Source: Bacteroidia bacterium
GTDB taxonomy: Bacteria > Bacteroidota > Bacteroidia > SpSt-205
Assembly: GCA_025062295.1 (NCBI GenBank)
Contig: JANXAJ010000006.1
Location: forward strand, 598 to 64,597
Direction of reading: 5' to 3'
DNA: 64,000 bases
In this document: one piece after another, positions 9,517-17,449 of the stretch
Position numbering within the stretch: position 1 is the stretch's first letter
Layout of the letters: every line of letters begins with the position of its first letter
The notes under the pieces: generated by a model
Told to the model about the DNA's origin: nothing
Databases searched by the model: none
The model's input: only the letters and a program-made list of their open reading frames with translations
Position numbers and translations under genes: made by a program

Positions 9517-10710
9517 ATGGAATCTATTGTGCAAGAGCAATTGTCCCTTGAGGAGGGTGCTGCTCACTTGACACAGATTCTGCGGGAAAGCAGAGATGAA
9601 CAAATTCTGCCAGTGCTTTTACGCCAGCATGTGTCTCTCCAAGCTCAGCAGGCTGAGTTAGGGCGCATATTCACAGATCAATCCCTCAAGGAAGACTGGA
9701 AGTATACGCCTTTAGACTTCCTTCGAAGGCGATGGCAGGTAAAACCATTTGAAGAAGTTTCCCCTCCTTTCTCCTTCTTGGAGGATTGGAGGAGGGAAAT
9801 AGTGCCTATTCCTCTTCATGAAGAGACCCCTGCCTTAAGGAGCTTTCCTGAACCTCGCTCACCATGGGAGGCGCTTGCTGTTGGAGCACCGACCCACCGG
9901 CATTATACCTTGAAGCGGGATGAGAGGCTTTCTCTTGCCTTTCGGAACTCTGGTGAGCTCGCCCCTCTCACTTGTACCATTTCTGTTTCCCCCCTCGCAG
10001 ACTGCGAAGTATGGTTATGTCTCAGTGGGACGGGATTTTCTTTACTTCGCCTTCACTTTCATGTAGGAAGAGAGGGACGACTTCGACTTTATATACCCGA
10101 CCGATTAGAAAATCAGTCGGTCTACCACTACTTCCTTGTGACAGGATATTTAGAGGAGTATGCTACTGTAGAAACTTATGACTTGACTATAGCCAGCGGC
10201 TGGAAGCGAAGCGAAATCCGCCTCCAACTAGGCGGCACGGGTGCTCGCGCTTATCTGCATGGGGCTGCTCATGTGCTTTCCGCAGGTATGATGGATGCGG
10301 CCATTCGCGTAGAGCATTTAGCCCCTCATACAGAGAGTAATCAGCTTTTTAGGTCCTTGGTAGAGGCAAAAGGCCGGAGTACTTTTCAGGGTCGCATCTA
10401 TGTTCATCGGCTTGCTCAGAAGACTAACGCTTATCAGTCCCACAAAGCACTCCTCACGGCAGCTTCAGCAGTGGCTTATAGTCGCCCTCAGTTGGAGATT
10501 TTCGCTGATGACGTACGCTGCACGCACGGTGTAACGACGGGCTTTCTTCAGGGGGAGATGCTATTTTACCTGCGAGCTCGGGGGATACCTGAGGGACTTG
10601 CTAAACAGATGCTTTATGAAGCCTTCCTCACCGAGGTGATTGAAAAAGTACCTTCACCTTCTCTTCAATCCTGGGCTTCTGAAGAGATACGAAGAAATAT
10701 CCAGAGCTGA
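9517..10710 (+). CDS. sufD: Fe-S cluster assembly protein SufD
   Basis: About 397 aa, immediately after sufC. The C-terminal region is conserved SufB/SufD-family (QSHKALLTAASAVAYSRPQLEIFADDVRCTHG). Length fits SufD, not SufB. The track ORF starts at 9490; 9517 (MESIVQ) avoids overlap with sufC. Confidence 0.75.
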   Translation: MESIVQEQLSLEEGAAHLTQILRESRDEQILPVLLRQHVSLQAQQAELGRIFTDQSLKEDWKYTPLDFLRRRWQVKPFEEVSPPFSFLEDWRREIVPIPLHEETPALRSFPEPRSPWEALAVGAPTHRHYTLKRDERLSLAFRNSGELAPLTCTISVSPLADCEVWLCLSGTGFSLLRLHFHVGREGRLRLYIPDRLENQSVYHYFLVTGYLEEYATVETYDLTIASGWKRSEIRLQLGGTGARAYLHGAAHVLSAGMMDAAIRVEHLAPHTESNQLFRSLVEAKGRSTFQGRIYVHRLAQKTNAYQSHKALLTAASAVAYSRPQLEIFADDVRCTHGVTTGFLQGEMLFYLRARGIPEGLAKQMLYEAFLTEVIEKVPSPSLQSWASEEIRRNIQS

Positions 10711-10954
10711 GGAAACTGAAGCCTAGAGAGCTATAATAACTTCCAGCTTGCAGCCCTCTGTGCCCTATTCTGAAAAGGGCGAACCTCGCAGTCCCATGAC
10801 TTAGCCTCCTATTGTCTATCCCAGAGAAGAGCGGAGTCCTCTAAATCTTCACCCCTTGCCCGAGGCTTATCCCCTCTTCATTTTGCAAATGTTCCCCCTC
10901 TCAGAGAAAGGCTAAAAAGAATGACATTTCCTTTTTACTTTTGTTTTCTGAGAT

Positions 10955-11482
10955 ATGGGATTAGAAAACGCGCTTAATCAACAGGGGTTTCTCCTCGCTC
11001 GGCTGGATGATCTCATTGCTTGGGCTCGAGCTGGCTCTCTCTGGCCCATGCCGATGGGGCTGGCGTGCTGCGCTATTGAAATGATGGCAGCCGCTGGACC
11101 AAAGTATGATATTGCCCGATTTGGAATGGAGCGATTTTCATTCTCTCCCCGCCAAGCCGATGTGATGATAGTAGCTGGATGGTGCACCTATAAGATGGCT
11201 CACGCAATCAAACGCATCTGGGATCAAATGGCAGAACCCAAATGGTGCATTGCAATGGGGGCTTGTGCTTCCACAGGCGGTATGCACCGAGTATATGGTG
11301 TAGTCCAAGGCGTTGATCAGTTCCTCCCTGTAGATGTATATGTCCCAGGATGTCCTCCTCGTCCCGAAGTCCTTCTCCATGCCTTGATGGAGCTTCAGAA
11401 AAAAATCAGAAATGAACATTCCCTCCTTCAGGACCGCATTACCCGCACTTCTTCTGTTTCTTCTCCCTCTGTTCTGCGGTAG
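10955..11482 (+). CDS. nuoB: NADH-quinone oxidoreductase subunit B family protein (NuoB/Nqo6-like), encoded alone
   Basis: A 175-aa ORF with [36 protein letters not shown] and [12 protein letters not shown]. All four cluster N2 Cys ligands are present, and similarity to canonical NuoB is high. Confidence 0.85.
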   Translation: MGLENALNQQGFLLARLDDLIAWARAGSLWPMPMGLACCAIEMMAAAGPKYDIARFGMERFSFSPRQADVMIVAGWCTYKMAHAIKRIWDQMAEPKWCIAMGACASTGGMHRVYGVVQGVDQFLPVDVYVPGCPPRPEVLLHALMELQKKIRNEHSLLQDRITRTSSVSSPSVLR

Positions 11483-11681
11483 AGTAAAAGGGCTTTCCAG
11501 AAAGGCTGAAAGTAAGGAGGGGGCTTCAGTAGGATGAGAGGAAGCACAAGCTCGTTTCTGCTGAGGGGACTGAAGAGCGTCGGAATTAACTTCTTCAGAC
11601 AAAGCGTGGGCACCTCTCGTCTGGCAAACTTACGGGTGCGAAGAAAAAGAAAAACAGGAGAAATTCAACAAGGTGAAGACA

Positions 11682-12134
11682 TTACTCTTCCCTACATGGA
11701 TGAGCATACAGAGCGATTCGACGGATGCCATTTACTGTGTCGCTTCGGATATAAGGTAGAATCCCAATCCGATACCTTCCCCTTGAAGCGAAAGAAGCTT
11801 TAGGCAGAATAAAGGTCTGAAACTTGCGATTGCTTGCATACCAGCGACCGAGGGTATCTGAGAATACCACCTCTAAGCGCGACCGTTCTCGGAAGCCATC
11901 GGGTGCTTCTAACCACAATAGAAGATAGAGATTGCGCCATGGATAGGTCTCCTCTAACTCAATTCGGAGCTCTAAGGCTTTACACAGGGGTGGATTCACA
12001 ACTGTCAGTGAGCCCCATACAGTATCGGGGTAAATCCAACATGCCTTAGGAAACCGAACTTCTAAGATTCTCTCAGGCAGAGACTCACAAGCCCAGAAGA
12101 TCAGGCAAACTAGCGCTAAGATTCTCACATCCAT
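11682..12134 (-). CDS. Small lipoprotein, possibly gliding-motility lipoprotein GldH family
   Basis: A 150-aa ORF. The N-terminus MDVRILALVCLIFWAC has a lipobox. Size and Bacteroidetes context fit GldH, but I cannot confirm family motifs. Confidence 0.3.
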   Translation of the reverse strand: MDVRILALVCLIFWACESLPERILEVRFPKACWIYPDTVWGSLTVVNPPLCKALELRIELEETYPWRNLYLLLWLEAPDGFRERSRLEVVFSDTLGRWYASNRKFQTFILPKASFASRGRYRIGILPYIRSDTVNGIRRIALYAHPCREE

Positions 12135-13338
12135 TATCAGTTACAAGCAAGTCATTTTCAATACGAATCCCGATTTTTTCCTCGGGAAGATATAGTCCCG
12201 GCTCACAAGTTACCACAGCTCCGACAGGAAGTGCATCATAGCGAGAGCCAACGTCATGTACATCTATCCCTAAAAAGTGTCCTAATCCATGAGGGAAGTA
12301 CTTTTTATAAGCCTCAGGGGGGGCGTTGGGTGGAAGAAGCCCCATGCTCTTGAGCCCTTCTTGCATATAGAGGCCGACTTTCCGATGCCATTCATCCAAA
12401 GAAAGTCCTGGACGGAGGCTTTGCTGGGCATACATTTGAACCTCGGAGACCCATCGGAGGTATTTTTCAGCCTGAGGTGAAAGACTTCCAACAGGAAGAG
12501 TCCGTGTAAGGTCAGCGCACATGCTCCCCAAGCGAGCGCCGATATCTATCAAAACTAAAGAGCCTTCTTGAAGAGGTTGACTATTGTGTGTGTAATGAAG
12601 AATGCAAGCTCTTTCACTGCCGCCAATGATGGGAGGAAAAGCAACAGTGCCACGTCCCCGAATAAAGGTGCGGAATACCTCCGCCTCTAATTCGTACTCA
12701 AATACTCCTTCTCTGAGTAGGGGTAGAAGATTATGATATGCCTCTATCGTGAGAGCGATAGCCTCGCGTATTAGGGCGAGCTCTTCTGGTGATTTTATTT
12801 GACGCAGACGAGCCAAAAGAGGAGCTAAGCGAAAAAGAGTATGAGCAGGAAATTCTTGCTGAAGTCGCCGAGCAAAGCGGTAAGCAGGCAAGGGTAAAGA
12901 ACCATGGACTTGCCTTTCATGCTCGTTCAAGTCTAAACCTATTTTATCTACTCGTCCTATGAAGCGGCGCCAGAAAGCATTCCACTCTGAGAGGGGTTTG
13001 ACCTCTCGGACTCCACTGCGCACTTGCGCCTCTTCTAAGGTATAACTCCACCCCTCCCAGAGGCGCTTCGTTGGGGAGGGCGGTTGAATGAATAATACCT
13101 CTTGGGCTTCCTCTATAGGCGCTTCGGGATAGAGCCAAAGTACTCCATTTGGTACCTCTATCCCTGTGAGATAAAGGTAATTACTACTCTGCTGAAAGGG
13201 TAAAGTGGTATCTGCTTCGCCAGGTAGGACCTCATTCGCCCATACAATCGCAATACTTCCCGGAGGAAGTAACTCTACGAGACGAGCTCTATTGCGGACA
13301 TAAAAAGAAGGAGGAAGTGTTGGATGCCGAAACATCAC
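12085..13338 (-). CDS. Xaa-Pro aminopeptidase (M24B family, PepP-like)
   Basis: A 417-aa ORF with an N-terminal creatinase/prolidase-like domain. The C-terminal region has the M24 metal ligands (HGLGHFLGIDVHDVG ... EPGLY ... IRIENDLLVT). Confidence 0.8.
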   Translation of the reverse strand: MMFRHPTLPPSFYVRNRARLVELLPPGSIAIVWANEVLPGEADTTLPFQQSSNYLYLTGIEVPNGVLWLYPEAPIEEAQEVLFIQPPSPTKRLWEGWSYTLEEAQVRSGVREVKPLSEWNAFWRRFIGRVDKIGLDLNEHERQVHGSLPLPAYRFARRLQQEFPAHTLFRLAPLLARLRQIKSPEELALIREAIALTIEAYHNLLPLLREGVFEYELEAEVFRTFIRGRGTVAFPPIIGGSERACILHYTHNSQPLQEGSLVLIDIGARLGSMCADLTRTLPVGSLSPQAEKYLRWVSEVQMYAQQSLRPGLSLDEWHRKVGLYMQEGLKSMGLLPPNAPPEAYKKYFPHGLGHFLGIDVHDVGSRYDALPVGAVVTCEPGLYLPEEKIGIRIENDLLVTDNGCENLSASLPDLLGL

Positions 13339-13389
13339 TCAAAAGTACTTTCCCTACCCTCAAGTAGGAAAGGTTCAGAGAAAAAGTTT

Positions 13390-13397
13390 TATCTTTG
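13390..13397 (+). promoter_or_regulatory. Bacteroidetes-type sigma-A -7 element (TAnnTTTG) in front of ssrA
   Basis: TATCTTTG lies 11 nt upstream of the mature tmRNA 5' end, consistent with a processed precursor. Confidence 0.4.
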
Positions 13398-13407
13398 TGC
13401 CGCTTAA

Positions 13408-13757
13408 GGGGGTGAAAGGATTTGACAGCTAAGGGAAAGGGTAAGGGGCATGCGAGGTTTGCTGCTCTCCTCAGAAAAAGGGCAGCCGGACAAAAAGTGC
13501 CGAAGCTTCTTACGCGCTCGCTGCCTAATCATGGGTAGCACAGAGGCGAGGAGGCCCCGCCTGAGGCTGAATCGCTTCTGAGGGGATAAATCAGGCTTGA
13601 GTGAGTGGAGTCCCCGACACTCACTGACATCTTAGGAGACTGTGGAGGATTGCTCTCTGCCTCTGGAGAGCCCCTCCGAGAAACCATCAGAGGCTAAGCA
13701 TGTAGGACCGACCTGACTCCCTTAGACTGGACGCGGGTTCGACTCCCGCCACCTCCA
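13408..13757 (+). ncRNA. ssrA: tmRNA (SsrA)
   Basis: The 5' end is GGGGGTGAAAGGATTTGAC. The 3' end has the T-arm GCGGGTTCGACTCCCGC, then CACCTCC and the discriminator A. The acceptor stem is complementary, with a G3-U70 pair. The internal tag reading frame ends GCC GAA GCT TCT TAC GCG CTC GCT GCC TAA, giving the peptide ...AEASYALAA followed by stop. Confidence 0.85.
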
Positions 13758-13758
13758 C

Positions 13759-14523
13759 TTGCGATATGCTTGGATAGCGAGCCTTCTCGCCTCACTTTTG
13801 ATAGCTTCTTACTTTCTCCCTGTAGAAACCGAGTGCTTGTTATGTCCTCCCCGATGGGGAGGTCCTTGGTTGGGAACAGATCCTTTGGGACGAGATATCT
13901 TCCTACGATTGCTGCGAGGGTGGGGTTTGAGCCTTCTGGTAGGAGCAAGTGCTGCCTTTCTGAGCCTTTTTCTCGGCATGAGCATAGGGCTCCTTATGGG
14001 AAGTCAGCCAGGGTGGGTAGACAGAGGACTCCAGATTATCCTTCAATCCATTTGGGTCGTGCCTGCGATCTTATGGGCGAGCATCCTGGCTTTCATAGGT
14101 GGGAGGAATCTTCTAACCATTCTTTTAGCGATTGGACTGAGCATGTGGACGGAGACCGCTCGGTTGATTCGAGTAGAAGTTAGGCGACTCTGGGGTGAGC
14201 CTTTCGTAGAAGCGGCTAAGGCATTAGGACTTCCCTATCTTCGGATTGTTTTGAGGCATATCATTCCTGTCCTAACTCCCTTGATACGAATACAATTTCT
14301 TCAAGCCTTTGCTACAGCTATCCTCATAGAAGCTGGACTTGGCTTTGTGGGACTGAGCTTAGGGCCGCCTGCTACGAGCTTAGGCATTCTTCTCTTTGAG
14401 GCTGTGGGATGGCTTGTCCTGCCTCAAGGTCAATTTCAAGGAATTGCCGCCGGGCTGCTGCTGGGGGGAACGGTTTTTGCCGTATATTCGCTTACTGGAT
14501 ATGGGCGCCACTCGCTCGGATAG
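13759..14523 (+). CDS. ABC transporter permease, OppC/DppC-like, with no partners nearby (TTG start inferred)
   Basis: A 254-aa ORF starting 2 nt after the ssrA 3' end. It has TM helices and the OppC/DppC hallmark LGTDPLGRDIF after TM1. No ATPase, OppB/DppB or binding-protein gene is adjacent. Confidence 0.55.
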   Translation: MRYAWIASLLASLLIASYFLPVETECLLCPPRWGGPWLGTDPLGRDIFLRLLRGWGLSLLVGASAAFLSLFLGMSIGLLMGSQPGWVDRGLQIILQSIWVVPAILWASILAFIGGRNLLTILLAIGLSMWTETARLIRVEVRRLWGEPFVEAAKALGLPYLRIVLRHIIPVLTPLIRIQFLQAFATAILIEAGLGFVGLSLGPPATSLGILLFEAVGWLVLPQGQFQGIAAGLLLGGTVFAVYSLTGYGRHSLG

Positions 14524-15820
14524 CCCCCTAAGTTATTCTCCAGAACAGCTTATCCGTGAGCTGGAGCTACGCCGCGGCGAAGTGGAGGCTCTCCAAGAGG
14601 TGGTCCGCCTTCTGGCCCCCCGCATCCGGGATACAGCCCTTCTAATTTCTGTCGCTTCTATTCTCCGCAGCCGATTCGGGGTAGAACGACTCGCATATAT
14701 TCACACTTTCACCCCCCAGCATCAACCTAAGCTCGCTTATTTTCACAACTTCCCTAGCATTTCTCAAGAAGCCCTTAGAGAATGTGTAACATACACCACC
14801 ACCAGTGTTCCTGCCTTTGACAGCTTTCTTAGGCATATGGGGGTAGAAATCGTAATGCCCCTTGGACGCTATGTCGGACCTTCTACCCGAGTGCGAATTG
14901 TTGAGCCAAAGGCATGGTGGCTGCTCGGTCAATTCGCCGATAATGAAGAGGAAAAAGCGAATGATCTTCTCTACTTAGAAATTATCGGGAGTCTAATCAC
15001 CGTGTATCTGGAAAACACTTTTTTTCAAGAGCAGCAGCAGCAAGCGGAAATTCTACGACTCAAGCAGCAAGCGCAGGAACAAGAGATAGCTATAGCCTCT
15101 CGGATTCAGCGGCGAATCCTCTCAGTTACTCAGCAAAGCATTCACCCCCGCTTAGATATAGCCACATTCCACATGTCCCACGGAGGCGTGGGCGGGGATC
15201 TCTTTGAGTTTATTCGTTTGAATGACCAGCAAGTTCTCTTCTATATCGGTGATGTATCGGGGAAAGGGGTCTCAGCTGCTATTGTGATGTCTAATGTTCA
15301 GGCTCAGATTCGCACTCTGGCTGAGTTAGAGATGCCCTTGCCTCGGCTGCTGAATCAGCTCCACCGTCGCCTTCTCCAGCTGTATGGAGAAGAGGATGGC
15401 TTTGTAACTCTTTTCATTGGTATTCTGACTCTGAATGGGCAAAACCTTGCCCTTCATTATTTGAATGCAGGACATCAGCCTGCTTTTATCATTAGAAACG
15501 GCGAGATCATTGAATTATCTGCGACAAATACAGTATTAGGGCTGGCTCTATTAGAAGAATTCATAACACCAGAGAGAGAGCCGCTGACATTTAAGCTGGA
15601 GGTTGGGGATATGCTCTTTGCCTACACTGACGGTCTGATTGAGCAAAGCAATAGTCAAGGTGAGCAGTTGGGCATTGAGCGCCTTCAAAGCCACCTGAAA
15701 GGATTCGTGACATCTGAAGCGGAAGCTTTTCTTTCGCAGGTTCGCTACTTCTGGGAAACTCACAAGGGTGAGCTTCCGGCTGAAGACGATATCAGCTTAG
15801 TGGCATGCAGATTCCTATAA
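14501..15820 (+). CDS. GAF-domain PP2C/SpoIIE-type Ser/Thr phosphatase (RsbU-like)
   Basis: I started it at the ATG giving MGATRSD. It has an N-terminal GAF-like region and PP2C motifs (HMSHGGVGGDLFEF, FYIGDVSGKGVSAAI, FAYTDGLIE). It overlaps the permease stop by 23 nt. Confidence 0.75.
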   Translation: MGATRSDSPLSYSPEQLIRELELRRGEVEALQEVVRLLAPRIRDTALLISVASILRSRFGVERLAYIHTFTPQHQPKLAYFHNFPSISQEALRECVTYTTTSVPAFDSFLRHMGVEIVMPLGRYVGPSTRVRIVEPKAWWLLGQFADNEEEKANDLLYLEIIGSLITVYLENTFFQEQQQQAEILRLKQQAQEQEIAIASRIQRRILSVTQQSIHPRLDIATFHMSHGGVGGDLFEFIRLNDQQVLFYIGDVSGKGVSAAIVMSNVQAQIRTLAELEMPLPRLLNQLHRRLLQLYGEEDGFVTLFIGILTLNGQNLALHYLNAGHQPAFIIRNGEIIELSATNTVLGLALLEEFITPEREPLTFKLEVGDMLFAYTDGLIEQSNSQGEQLGIERLQSHLKGFVTSEAEAFLSQVRYFWETHKGELPAEDDISLVACRFL

Positions 15821-16338
15821 GTGAGAGATTACTGGCAAGCTATTCGTATCCTTTAGAGGGGGAGAATCTGCCGGCTTTGACTTTACCTGATCTTCTCCGC
15901 TGTGCGCCGTATGTATGGCTTCAGTTTCTTCGGCACTTAGGGTGTATCTATTGCAAAGGCCTCGTACAGGACCTCAGGGCTTTCATTGAGCAGTGGAATG
16001 AGAGGATTCGTCCTAGGCTTATCTTTGTTCATCCGAATACTTTGGAGGAGGGGCGGAAATTTTTTGCTGTTTTTTATTCTGGGGCTGCATTCATTGCGGA
16101 TCCTAACCTGAGGCTATATCGTCTCTTTGGAGTGCGACGAGCCTCTCTTTTAGCTCAGGTGCGACCCTCTAATCTGCTCCGCTTCTGGAACCTTCTGCGT
16201 CGAGGTCTCTCTAATCAGCAATCCACGGCAGACCCCACCCTCCTCCATGCCGCTTTTCTCTTTCAAAATGGAACTTTAGTTTGGAGCTATCATGCAAAAT
16301 ATCTGAGCGATGTACCCGACTGGAAAAGACTCCTTTAA
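15805..16338 (+). CDS. Thioredoxin-fold redoxin (AhpC/TSA_2 / PRXL2-like)
   Basis: A 177-aa ORF with FLRHLGCIYCKGLV (a CxxC motif) in a thioredoxin-fold context. It overlaps the upstream phosphatase by 16 nt. Confidence 0.45.
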   Translation: MQIPISERLLASYSYPLEGENLPALTLPDLLRCAPYVWLQFLRHLGCIYCKGLVQDLRAFIEQWNERIRPRLIFVHPNTLEEGRKFFAVFYSGAAFIADPNLRLYRLFGVRRASLLAQVRPSNLLRFWNLLRRGLSNQQSTADPTLLHAAFLFQNGTLVWSYHAKYLSDVPDWKRLL

Positions 16339-17191
16339 GATTCTGGCGCCTGTAGCTTTAGACTCTGTGAATGAAGAAGAGATTCTTCTCAGCCTTCATC
16401 ACCTATTGAAGGCGCTCCAAGGTGAGAGGAGCCTCCGTTTATATCATGTGATCTCACCTGACAGGATTCGGCTAGCACCCCTCCGAGGAGAAAGCTTTCT
16501 CCATCAGTTGGAAATCGCTACTCGGCAGGCTCAAGAGAAGCTCCAGGTGTATGTTTCAACGCTGCGTGAGAAAGTACCCCCAGAGGTGAATATAGAATAT
16601 CACATAGAGAGTCATGAAGTAGCAGCCCCTGCTGAGGAGATAGAAGCTCATTTGCAGAGTGAGTCTTTCTCCCTGCTGGTAGTAGTTTTCAAACAGCGGA
16701 AGCGATGGGAACGCTTCTTTGGGACAACCGCCCTCTGGGACCTCGTGGAGAATACCACCATTCCCCTCCTTTTGCTCCCTGCTCCGTTCTCTATCTCTCC
16801 TCGCCGCATCCTCTGGCTCTCTTCCATGGAAACTGAAAACTTTTCTTTTCTGGCTCCCCTTGTGAGTTTTATCCGCAGACTCAAAGGTACCCTCTACTGT
16901 GCAAAAATTAGCACTCCTTCTCACTTCACCACTCATCGCACCTTCCAAAGACAAGTCCTTGAGATGTGCGATTACATCATTGAACATATAGACCCAGACT
17001 TTGTCCCAGAAGAATGCATTTTATATGCCGATAAGGATTTAAGTGAAGGTGCTCTTCATGTGGCTCAGGATTTTCTGATGGATATCACTGCCTTAAGTGC
17101 TGAAGAGGCTCTAAATGAATGGAAGGCAATAGACCGGCTCCTTTCTCATCAGATGCCGGTACTTCTTTTGCGAAGTGCTTCTCATCATTGA
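16310..17191 (+). CDS. Universal stress protein family, tandem-domain (UspA-like)
   Basis: A 293-aa ORF with two Usp-like halves (LYHVISPD ... LLVVVFKQRKR; ILWLSSMETE ... VLLLRSASHH). It overlaps the redoxin gene by 29 nt. The call rests on pattern only. Confidence 0.35.
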   Translation: MYPTGKDSFKILAPVALDSVNEEEILLSLHHLLKALQGERSLRLYHVISPDRIRLAPLRGESFLHQLEIATRQAQEKLQVYVSTLREKVPPEVNIEYHIESHEVAAPAEEIEAHLQSESFSLLVVVFKQRKRWERFFGTTALWDLVENTTIPLLLLPAPFSISPRRILWLSSMETENFSFLAPLVSFIRRLKGTLYCAKISTPSHFTTHRTFQRQVLEMCDYIIEHIDPDFVPEECILYADKDLSEGALHVAQDFLMDITALSAEEALNEWKAIDRLLSHQMPVLLLRSASHH

Positions 17192-17385
17192 TTTCAAGAG
17201 TTTTCCCTCAATATGAAGTTGATTGGGATGTTGGATATTGCTTCAGAAGGTTTTTCTCGCCTTTCTATCCCGACAGGCTGTGAAGTGGGAGAAGATACTT
17301 AGCAACAGGTGACTTTAAGCTGGGCTTGGAGGCATTTTGGCTTCTGAAATAGATGGAGCGCCAGGATCGGAATCTCAGTAGGGTT

Positions 17386-17421
17386 GTAAAGAAATAGGGG
17401 CTTCCCTATTTGGGAAGCCCC
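17386..17421 (-). terminator. Rho-independent terminator downstream of groEL
   Basis: A perfect 10-bp stem GGGGCTTCCC/GGGAAGCCCC with a 5-nt loop, followed on the minus strand by TATTTCTTTAC. Confidence 0.55.
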
Positions 17422-17449
17422 AGGAAATGCAAATCCCTTTTTCCCGAGA

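Noticed and set aside
11138-11602. 154-aa minus-strand ORF antisense to the first nuoB-like gene
   Set aside because: Its sequence is Ser/Arg/Pro-rich and overlaps a gene with unmistakable NuoB motifs. The 61087-61611 minus-strand ORF antisense to the second nuoB-like gene is rejected for the same reason.
13735-13757. tRNA-like T-arm plus acceptor 3' strand (GCGGGTTCGACTCCCGCCACCTCCA)
   Set aside because: No cloverleaf 5' half lies within about 75 nt. Instead the complementary 5' strand GGGGGTG sits 350 nt upstream with a YALAA-ending tag ORF in between. This is the 3' end of tmRNA, not a separate tRNA gene.
13770-14183. 137-aa plus-strand ORF overlapping the OppC-like gene in another frame
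   Set aside because: It is Arg/Ser-rich with low complexity. The overlapping frame carries clear permease TM helices and the GTDPLGRD motif.
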